Source of the DNA: Lingula anatina
Taxonomy: Eukaryota > Animalia > Brachiopoda
Reading direction: 5' to 3'
Assembly: GCA_051362555.1 (NCBI GenBank)
Contig: CM120640.1
Span: 31,887,967-31,951,966, forward strand
DNA length: 64,000 bases
In this document: positions 26,448 through 37,500 of the stretch, in pieces
How positions within the stretch are numbered: the stretch's first letter is position 1
How the letters are laid out: each line of letters opens with the position of its first letter
Position numbers and translations under genes: made by a program
The notes under the pieces: generated by a model
Databases searched by the model: none
What the model was told of the DNA's origin: nothing
Seen by the model: the letters and a program-made list of their open reading frames with translations, nothing else

Positions 26448-29400
26448 AAGGTTCAGTAACAGTGGATTAATGCAAATCGATAAATAGCCATTTCGTTATA
26501 TCAAGTTTAGGACAGAAAGCATTTACATTTATTGTATTCTATCGCTTTAACCTCGGTAACCTGAATCAAAAGCTCTCGAATGGCTAGTTTATCTTTATGT
26601 AAATATTCTCAGATTATTGCATTCTTGTAAAAAGTATTAAAATTGCCCTATTATATGTACCTAGTGTTATATCATGCTGTATGTCATCTTGCAAGATAAA
26701 AATGCAAAGTAAACGGATTGAAAGTTCAAGTACTAGTAAAAACAGCCATCAAACGACCTGCCATCATTAAAGGTTACCCTGTCTTTTAAAGCTGAATGTC
26801 AAAAATTTAAATTGGCAAAAAAATTTAACAGAGAAAGAATTGAGCATTATGAAGAAAATAAACATTTATAAAACTAATTTTTATTTTGTACATAATAAAT
26901 TTTAGAATGTCTTTCTCATTATTTTCATGTGCTCAAAAGTTTTTTTTTGTCAATAACTTAACACCAGCCTGTGATTATAATGTCTTTACATCAAAACCTG
27001 CCCCTAACTGAGATGGAGATGTGTTGACATTTACAAACTGGAATTCTTAGTTGTGACCAAAAGATGAAGAATGTACAACAGAAACTTGCATTTTTAAATG
27101 TCCTGAATGAAAGGAAACATGAATGCTAATAATTAATTTTTACGACTTTTTTTCAGATACTTGGACAAGAGACTGTCATGTAAGTGACCTTTGTTTATCA
27201 TGAATAATAGTTGGAGTAGTTTTGAGATGTATAAATAAATGAGTATGTATCAAAAATTGGGTAAACTAGAGACAAGTCAGGAAATTGTTATAAATTTGTT
27301 GTTCTTTGCCACTCTTTCTGCTTTGGGTTTGTAGATTTTGGTTGCAAGAAGGACCAGAAGGTTAAAAAATCTTTTGGCACAGACAGTAAACTTATGTCAA
27401 ATGTTCTTTTACTTGCTCAGGTATACTTTTTTATTTAGAAGCATTGTTTTTCCTCTAATTTTCTTTATTTTTCATTTGTCCTATATGTTTTCATCTTTAT
27501 TGATTGTTATTCCACCACTGACATGGGTTGGTATTTCAATTTCAGTGAAATTGAATGGCAACAGGACGGTTACAGGCATACTCAGGGGCTTTGATCCATT
27601 TATGAATCTTGTCATAGATGAAAGCATTGAAGAGACCAAAGGTGGAGAGAAAAACAACATTGGCATGGTGGTAAGCACAGGGAACCCACTGCTTATTATT
27701 TCAATTTCTTAATTGTCTGTGGACTTTAATATAGTGGATTTCCATGCAGTCAAGCGTTTATATATTTATTTAGGCTGTTTGTAAGTTGTAAGCTTTGATA
27801 TTTATTGTACCACCAGCGTAGGCGCTGGCGGTACACATGGTTTTAGTCCCGACCCGTATGTTCCGCCGGCTCCTGCGGCTCCTGCGGCTCCGCCGCCAAG
27901 TCACCGTTACCGCTTCTCCTCCTAGACGGTAAGGGCCTCCATACCCATCTCTTGGATTTAGGTCACCTATAATCTCAACTCGTTCCACGTAAAATTTGGG
28001 CTTTGTCGGTATTGGGGTCTAGGTGTGGCACTCATTGCAATGCACCCTTGTCCAAAAATGGCAAAATTAAATGCTAATTATCTCCCCTACAGAAGGAATT
28101 ATGGGAAAAATTTCTACAGACAGCTTTCCAAAAGTCATATGTGTAGATTTCAAATATGCCCTTGGATTTGACCTTTGACCTTTATTTTAAGGTCAAACGG
28201 GCCAAAATTTTCAAAAAAACAAAATTTTTGCCGAAAAAAAAAATTATTTGCAGTCTTATTCAGACACCACACAGACTTAACTAATAATATTAATGGAAAG
28301 TGTTACCCTTCAGGTCATCTTTCATCTCCGTGAATTTGGGGTCAATCGGTGCATTTTCACGGGAGTAGCGGCCATAAGATATCGAAACTGAAAACTGTCT
28401 CTAATTCGGGAACCGTTAATGCTAGACACCCATTTTTTTTTGCATTTTGTAGAGCATGTAAAGCCCAACACTGGAGGTGGTCTCCGTTTTTTTGTATTCC
28501 ATACGGTTTTGGAGTTACGCTGTATCAAAAAGTATATATTGGTGGTGAAAGCAAAATGTGCAGTACGGTAATGGATAATAAATTTTGAACTCCGGAAAAA
28601 TAAAACATAAGGCTTGGCAAAGCAGACAACTTGTGGTCAAAAATGACATTATTTCATCAAATTTGAACATCTGGAACTTCAGAGCACCTCCCATTTCAAG
28701 AATTTTGACCAAAATGACCTTTTCTTTATTTTAATTAATTTTTTTTGTAGGAAATTTATGGCACATTATGGTATTTCCAAAATTATAACATTTAGTCCCT
28801 TATATCTCCAAAACTGGCAGAGATAGGTCCATAGTTACTATTGAACTTGAATAGGAAGTCATATACTGGCAATCTAAATGTGACCTTAAAATTGACCTTT
28901 GACCTACTTTTCACCATGAACTGAACTTTGCAAATTTTGCTTCCTTTTTATCTCCAAAACTGGCAGAGATAGGTCCATAGTTTCTATTGAACTTGAATAG
29001 GAAGTCATATACTGGCAATCTAAATGTGACCTTAAAATTGACCTTTGACCTACTTTTCACCATGAACTGAACTTTGCAAATTTTGCTTCCCTTTTATCTC
29101 CAAAACTGGCAGAGATAGGTCCATAGTTACTATTGAAGTTGAATAGGAAGTCATATACTGGCAATCTAAATGTGACCTTAAAATTGACCTTTGACCTACT
29201 TTTCACCATGAACTGAACTTTGCAAATTTTGCTTCCCTTTTATCTCCAAAACTGGCAGAGATAGGTCCATAGTTACTATTGAAGTTGAATAGGAAGTCAT
29301 ATACTGGCAATCCAAATGTGACCTTAAAATTGACCTTTGACCTACTTTTCACCATGAACTGAACTTTGCAAATTTTGCTTCCCTTTTATCTCCAAAACTG

Positions 29401-30673
29401 GCAGAGATAGGTCCATAGTTACTATTGAAGTTGAATAGGAAGTCATATACTGGCAATCTAAATGTGACCTTAAAATTGACCTTTGACCTACTTTTCACCA
29501 TGAACTGAACTTTGCAAATTTTGATTCCCTTTTATCTCCAAAACTGGCAGAGATAGGCCCATAGTTACTATTGAAGTTGAATAGGAAGTCATATACTGGC
29601 AATCCAAATGTGACCTTAAAATTGACCTTTGACCTACTTTTCACCAAGAACTGAACTTTGCAAATTTTGCTTCCCTTTTATCTCCAAAACTGGCAGAGAT
29701 AGGTCCATAGTTACTATTGAAGTTGAATAGGAAGACATATACTGGCAATCTAAATGTGACCTTAAAATTGACCTTTGACCTACTTTTCACCATGAACTGA
29801 ACTTTGCAAATTTTGCTTCCCTTTTATCTCCAAAACTGGCAGAGATAGGTCCATAGTCTCTATTGAAGTTGAATAGGAAGTCATATACTGGCAATCTTAA
29901 AGTGACCTTAAAATTGACCTTTGACCTACTTTTCACCATGAACTGAACTTTGCATAGTTTGCTTCCCCTTTATCTCCAAAACTGGCAGAGATAGGTCCAT
30001 AGTTACTATTGAACGTGAATAGGAAGTCATATACTGGCAATCTAAGTGTGACCTTGAAATTGACCTTTGACCTACTTATTATCATGAACTGAACTCTGCT
30101 AATTTCTTTCTCTTTTAACTTCAAACCTGGCAGAGATAGGCCCATAGTTACTATTGAAGTTGAATAGGAAGTCATATACTGGCAATTTACTGTGACCTTG
30201 GAATTGACCTTTGACCTACCTTGCGATGAACTTAACTTTGATTGTACCATTTTTAGTAATATATATATTTTTTGCATATTTTGAAAATTCTTGTTGATTG
30301 CATTTTTACAGCTTGTCAAGCACAAGACTGGTGGCTGTGTTCCTTATTTTGTATATGTGGGGGTCTATATGAATGCGCTTGCTCCAGCTGGTGGTACAAT
30401 ATTCGGAGGCGGTATCGCCTCTCTGATCCTCTAGTTTTGAATGGTATGTCTGTTGATGTCACCATCCAACTTGTCATTTGTTCTGTTTTTTATTTATTGC
30501 TTAATATATGTGCCATCTTCGATATTTGTTTTTTTTTACCTATGAATGACTAAGGTAAACTGTTCTGTTGAACTTTGTATTCGGTGAACTTAAGTGTTTT
30601 TTACCTTTCAATATCTTTTTAGGTTATCCGAGGCAACAGCATAGTACTACTGGAATCACTAGACAGAATATGA
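26136..30673 (+). CDS. SNRPG: Small nuclear ribonucleoprotein G (SmG), 76 aa; exons 26136-26167, 27157-27179, 27546-27670, 30623-30673
   Basis: [76 protein letters not shown]; 231 nt with canonical splice sites. Confidence 0.98.
26348..26446. repeat. (CT)n...(CA)n microsatellite in SNRPG intron 1
   Basis: Direct inspection. Confidence 0.9.
27801..30436 (+). mobile_element. Non-autonomous Helentron/HINE element in SNRPG intron 3
   Basis: 5' subTIR ATTGTACCACCAGC (27804) with local IR GCTGGCGGTACA; 3' subTIR GCTGGTGGTACAAT (30387); GAGGCG..CGCCTC stem-loop; CTAGTT end; central tandem array. Confidence 0.85.
28803..30245 (+). repeat. Tandem array of about 10 x 146 bp
   Basis: TATCTCCAAAACTGGCAGAGATAGG recurs at 28803, 28949, 29095, 29241, 29387, 29533, 29679, 29825, 29971 and, diverged, 30117. 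Confidence 0.97.
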
Positions 30674-31062
30674 TACCAAAGAAAACTTTATGAACTAAAT
30701 CATCTGTAAATATCATCATGAAGACAAATATATGCACAGAAAAAAAGACAGGAAGAAAAATATTAATTGAACTATGTCGAGGAGAGATGTGGCAATTCCT
30801 GTGTCTAAGTTCCTCATATCATTTCCAACGTTAACTCTACTATCTGGAGAGTTATTGTGCATGTGAAAGTCATCATCACTGAGGACTAAAAAGATGAAGT
30901 TATCATGAAAAAAAACGATATAAAGCTCTTATTTGTTTCTCAGTAGATTTTTTAATAGATGCAGCTTTTAAGTTAAAGAGCAATGCTGAAGGTTATTGGA
31001 AGTTTTCAGTTTTCATCATTTGAAGAGAGTTGATTGAGATGACCTGGCAAAAATGAGTTTTG

Positions 31063-31220
31063 TCTAAGGTCTGCTGAAAGAAGTGTTTAGTAGAAGATGA
31101 ATGAATTTTTTACTTGAAAAAATATCCAATGAAAACTCGGTTCTTCTAAGGTCTGCTGAAAGAATCGTTTAGTAGAAGATAAATGTATTTTTTATTTGAA
31201 AAAATATCTAATGAAAACTC
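31063..31220 (+). repeat. About 82-bp tandem duplication downstream of the SNRPG stop
   Basis: TCTAAGGTCTGCTGAAAGAA...TAGTAGAAGAT...AATGAAAACTC occurs twice. Confidence 0.9.
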
Positions 31221-31521
31221 TTTCTTCTGTTGTTTTACTTGTCAATGAATATAATTTAATGCTTCTATTTTTGAGCAAGCAAGGTCATCATTCATGTTTC
31301 GAAAAAGCTTGTTACATTTGTCGTCAAAAACGCGACATTTGTAAGATTCAGGGCACATAGCAGTTCAATATTGGGACACGTTTGGCCAGACGCTTTAAAC
31401 GTTTATCCTATAAGGATCTTTAAATTCATCGAATCAAAAACTTAATGTAAAAATATTGCATACTCCAAAAATATACTGTTTTGCAGGTCGGTATGTGCTG
31501 TTCTCGTTGACAATTGGGCAA

Positions 31522-34500
31522 TTATTTTGCGTTATTCAATCCTCCGTCCTGGCAGTACATATTGCTAGTAGAAGAACTGTAGCCTCCACCAAACTCGGCG
31601 GCATGCTGCACACAGTCCAACTCGCTTAAGTCGTTGCCGAAAACGTGGTCCATGAAACCAAAGCCACATAACTCCTGAATTTGGTCAGTTGCGTTAGATG
31701 GAATATCACATGTTGCCATTGGCACCTGATCGTCCAATAGAGCTTGTGTAAAAGACATGGAAGGAAAGTTGGCGAATGAGTTGGTCTGTTGTTGTTGTTG
31801 TTGGCATTGTATTTGATTCAACAGTTGCTGTTGCAGTAGTTGAAGACGTAAAATTTCATTTGCCAGACGCAGATCTTGTGTGGCTGAACTTATTGAAGCA
31901 GCCATACTAGGTTCAAAACTGGGTGTTGGTAATGTCAATTGCATGGGACTGGATGCACCAGTGCTTGCCAGGCCGGTCGATGATGTTCTTCTGGGTTGAC
32001 AAGAAAGCGGCAATGGCTGTGTCAGTTGAGAATCCTGTTGTTGCTGTTGTTGAGCATTTCTGAAGCCCGCCTGTGATGGTGGCACAGTGTTGTTCTCCAA
32101 CAGCTGAGGACCTGGATCTAGATGATTAAGTAGATATTATGTATTTTGAAAGAGATTTTGCACGGTGTATGTCTATTTTCCAGGCAATATTTTAAATGTT
32201 TCATTACCTAGCAAAGAAATTCATAAAGTGGGTAATGTTAAAGTTACAATAATAGTTTTTTCAAACAAAAGCTAAAATTCAGAGTTCTTACCACTCCAAT
32301 ATTTCAGTGGAGAATCCTGTTGATGCTCCCTGTGTGTCTGCTGTTGTTGCTGTTGTTTTTGTTGCTGCTGCTGTTGTTGATGATGTTGCTGTTGTTGTTG
32401 CTGCTGCTGTTTTTGTTGTTGCTGCTGTTGTTGTTGTTGTTGTTCACTTCTGAATCGTTTCTGTGAAGGAAGGTCGTTATCGCCATCCCTCTGCCTAGCA
32501 CCTGTAGACATATGAAATTAAAATTTCGTTAGCTACATTAGACTATGGCGATTTTATTTTTTAAACAAAGTGACGTCTCTTCGAAAGACATGAAAAGTTT
32601 TGAATTTGTGTAGTCTTGCGTATGTAGTCCTTTGGGAGGGGGTCCGCAGATGCTAAGCCGACCCTCTCCCCCCCCTCCCCCCCCCCCACTCCCCCCACTT
32701 GGCGTCGGGTTCGGGACCCGCTGAAGAGCCCCAAAAATCTTTGGTATTTTAGAGGGCGAACGGTGCCATTTGGTACGTTTTAGATTTATGATTCAGCTAG
32801 TCAAAATTTTAATTACAAGAGGGGACCAGAAACCGAAGGGGGGGGGGTGGTCAGGACCCCCGACCCCCCTCTAAATCCGCCACTGTATATCGTAGCCACG
32901 CGGGTACAATGTGCTGAAAACAACCACACGATTTAATCAGGTTTGATGCAAAATAAAGCTGCGTTTGTCGCCCCATTCGAAACACTTTCATTATGCCTTT
33001 TATGATATAAGAAATGTGCCAAAGAAACTGCACACGTTCTTTGCTGGCCAATGCATCGGTTACTTTTTTCTTTCGTTTTTTTAAATGAATACGGAGAGTT
33101 TTTCTGTATCAATTGTATAGCAATTATACGATAATTATATTTATTTCTTTAAAACCGCACTTTCCATGCGTTTCAATGCTGTTAACATATAAATGAGAGA
33201 CAAAAATAATAAGACCTTAAATGATAAATAAATAAAGACGACATAAAATTAATACTGTAAATTATGATATAATATTAAGACATGCACTGAAAGGCTGTTG
33301 AAGCTTAGTTTTATGATGAGAGGAAATTGTTAAATCAGTCTAAATATTGTAAAAATAAAAATATTATAAATCTTTTCAAAAAATATCAGCGCAAGCTCCC
33401 CTTCTTATAAGTTGAGGTGGCTGATTCCGTAGAAAAATATGGAGAATGCCCCGTGACCGTAGATGTTAAGTTTTTCTTTGCAATGAATGAACAAGTGGTC
33501 CTGATAGCAGCGGTGAGATATCAGATATGACTGATAATCGCCAATATAACAATATTTCAGCTACGTTAGTTGTAAGAAAAAATAGAAGGCCTCGATAGGC
33601 CTATTCTTGAAAAATACGGTAGTTTATGAAGGCGATGTTGTTGATGCAAGTCAGTGGGGACGACTACGTGCAAGCTGAAGAAAACGCGTGCGAATGCTGT
33701 ATTTTAAAATAGGGAAACTGAGTCTCGATCAAAATCTATTTCGTGACATCTTTGGCGCCAATATTTTTATAATGTTTTACATCACATTTCTTCCAGGTTT
33801 TTCACGACGAAATTATCGATGGCAGACATTTGATTTAAGCTTAGCGTGCAGCGAATCTTAAAAAACTTAACGTGTAACTGAATTTTTTATTCGAAAATTT
33901 AAGTAATGCTCTATGGGCCATAAGTTAAGGGGATATAAGCGGCTCTTCTAATCTTACCCACGTGTAACTGACCATCGGAGAGGATGCAACGCACCTGTTG
34001 CCATTGTCAGCTCTTGAAAGGGCTGCGGCGCTTTCGGCTGATCGGAGCAAGTGGACGTAGAATACTGGTTGTCAGTATTAACGTTTGGTAAAACTGGTGT
34101 CGGTTCCTCGGTTGTCGGCTCCTCTGATGGCTTCAAACTTTGCAATTCGGTGCATTTGGATTGAGAGCCTTGGTGATCTGTGCCGGTACTTGGAAATAAT
34201 GCGGTCGATCCCTTTGCACTTTCCGGAGCTAGAAGTTCATGATATATTTATAACAAGATTAATTTTCTTTATGTCATGCTTCTCTAACTCTTTATGTTTT
34301 TTTTTCTGTTTCGCATTTCATACTTGTTGTAAAAAATATGCAGTCCCTACAGTACAATATATCGCTTATAAACATTCATCATTTGATTTTTTTTACATAA
34401 AAAGTCTAACTTTCGTGTTGGATTTGATAGACATTATACGGGTTAAGTATATCAACTTCACAATGGCATGATTGAAAAGGCCAGTCAGCGTTCTATTGTA

Positions 34501-37500
34501 ACCCCCTCCTCCCACTTACAAGGGGACATAAGCAGCTTTTCCACTCAACCGGCCAGCGAAAAATAAACAGAAAAAAATGAATAAAATGAAAATAAAAAGA
34601 CCACATGTGTCCAGAAATGGCACACAGCACCACCAATATTTCACGGCACAGCCAGAGACAATTCGTTCAATTATTACTGAAAGGATCATTTATGTATATA
34701 AACCCTATTGGGTCGGCTAAAACATCCTTGGCATTTGAAAGGGTGAAATTACCAATTTTATCTATCCACATTTGAAATGGTAATACACATTTAGGATTCA
34801 GTCAACTGCGTAATGTCACTTAACTCGCGGAACACGCATAAATAAGCGGACATATTTTCTCAAGAAAACGGAACAGAAATAAGATATTTTGTAATAGCGA
34901 TGGTATAAGAAGCGGTATTCTGTGAGAAATGTATACTCTTTTATGTATCCGTCTAAATCACTCACTCGCATGTCTGATATCTAGAATGATTTTAAATCAT
35001 CAAAAAATATAGCCTACATATCCTGTTGCTATCTTTTTATTTGCTTGAAAAAAATCCCCAGGCAAATTACATGGTCTGTTCCAGATGTTAAGGATTTGGG
35101 GTTAATCAAATGGATTTAAGGCAGACAGATCGGATTCATAGACATATATATACTTACGCGTGTCTAAGTCACTTTTGCTGTTCTTCTGTACCCATTGTAA
35201 TTGTTTGGCGACCAGTTCAAATTGCTCTTGTTGTTTCGACATAATCTCTCGCAAATAGCGATGTTTCTGAAGCAACTGCTGGTGTAGCTGCTTCTGGGCT
35301 GGTGTGAGGACGAGATCGGCCTTTCCACACTTGAAAATATTGTATAAAGTATTGTAAACTATATTGCAAGTTCAAGGATCAACAAATTGATAACGAAACT
35401 AAGTTTGCAAAAAATGCTCTAAAGCGATTTTTAAAATTTGAAATAGTAATTGGAAATACGACAGATTGTCACTGTTTGATGAGACACTGGAAAGAAGATA
35501 TAGCAATGATTGTCAACGATAACAATATGATGCTGGCAACATCCGAAGATGACATTACACTGCATTTTACATTAGCTATATTATCATGTTACATATACAA
35601 AATTATTTGGTTAAATCAACATTATGATGTGTGCCACGACCATGCAGAATCGAAATCGACTTTTGATTGTCCTTTACAATAAAGTGACACAACGAACTCT
35701 TTATTGCAAGAAAAGGCGGTGAAACCCTACTGATTTGCCATAGCGACGCAATAAAGCCAACCGAAATTGTAAACACACACACACACACAAAATATCATTT
35801 TCAAGATGGTAACGTTTAATTTTGTTACGTTTGAAAATGTGTTCAATCCATGTCCATGTAATCTCTATGTATTCCCTTATTTATCAATAAGACGGATAGT
35901 AGTGATGGACCATGATGAATAGTTCAGAGATTTTACTTTTCTTTTCAAATTATTACCGAAAGCTATCACCTCGGAAATCCTTGGGGGGGGGGGGGTCACA
36001 TCTTTTAATTTCTTAGGGTCTAAATTGGCTGTCTTTCAAAAGGTATCTTTTTACATGAACTTCTTTACTCAGGTTCCCCATAGTTAGGTTAACTTTATAT
36101 TTTCCCCAAGTATGATAACAGCGTTTGTAACCCAATTTGGTGTAAGCTATGACGAAAACAGACATCTTTTATCGTCCCAGCATCAACAATATTTAAAATA
36201 TAAGGATGTGACGAAGTTAATAAAAAGGTAACGATGGTTTTGTAAAAAGGAAATTTCAACCCAGATAGACTAAATAAAGACACTCCTTTTTTACCTTCAA
36301 AACAAAATTTTCAGGACCAGCCTTTTTATATTGAGGGTATGCCACATATTTATTTTGAATTGCAATTTGCTTGCCTTTTTTCTCATTAACATTCTTTTAT
36401 TGTAAACATTATTTACACTAATAGTAAAGGTGTATTGTTTATTTAAAAATGCAGAGAGTACATTTCTAATTCTGAGATAATTGTGCTTTCTCAGTTCATT
36501 GGCAAAAATAACAATACAGCAAGCCATGTTTAGAAATTAAAAAAAAACAGAAGATAGAGAAAAATGTATGATGGGCGGATACAATAGCCTGTCATTATTT
36601 TAGATTAAAGAAAATACTGCAAATCTCTGTAGAGCTTAAGATGTCTTTTTCTCACTATATAAAACTGTGGTAACAGAGAAGTAGAAATGGCCGCTCAGTG
36701 ATTTTCTCAATGATTTTTCTGACTGTAAATAGGGCCAATTCATAAAAAAGAAAGAAAAGAAAAACGCTCGGGGGTAGCGTGCTACAAATCTATTTGTTCT
36801 GCCTATTAAAAACCACGTAAACTAAGATGTGGGCTATATGTTATTCTAACGACACGCTTTTCTTTTAAAAAGTGTCTCACGCGTTAACAGTGTTAGTAAA
36901 ACTAAATACATGGAGCATTTTTCTTCTAATATTGCCCTAAACATGAATAGGCACTATAAGTAAGAAAGTTACATAAGGTTAAAACTTGGGCTGGCTGCCA
37001 ACTAGTTTACCCTTAACTATAAGTGTAATCGTGCTGCATGTGACATAACAAAGACTAAATTGTACTGAATGAGACCACGGTATACCCACCATTCTTGAAT
37101 TACCATTATTTTTCATTTTCTTCCTCAACTTTAACCTGGCGGATATAATTTATCTTAATGTATTGGTGCGAGAACATTTTTTTTACTTTTTTCGTGATTA
37201 AATTGAATATAAAGATGAAGACCATTTTTTTACAATTTTATATCATACAATGATAATCTATAAATATGCGCAATAAATATACAATAAAAATTGAAATAGT
37301 TGATTAGCGAGCCATAAATCAAACCGAGAAGTAAAACTTTAGTGTTATGTCAATTACACAAAGGCTACAGTCGAAAAGCTTTGTTGGTGCCAAAAAAGGG
37401 AGGAAATCTCATAGTGAGAACCTATGTCTCTAGTTTCCAACATGCGTGATGGCATTCTCATACTCCCCTGGTAGCTTTGTATGTGCTACCACACCTTATG

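Noticed and set aside
27338-27712. 124-aa ORF with a hydrophobic N-terminus fused to an Sm domain
   Set aside because: Intron read-through into SNRPG exon 3.
28803-30245. CRISPR-like array
   Set aside because: Units are full-length 146-bp tandem copies with no unique spacers, inside a eukaryotic intron.
29933-30325. 130-aa ORF
   Set aside because: Chance open frame across satellite units of the Helentron.
32304-32501. poly-Asn ORF
   Set aside because: Alternative frame of gene B's polyQ exon; splice phase and homology favour Gln.
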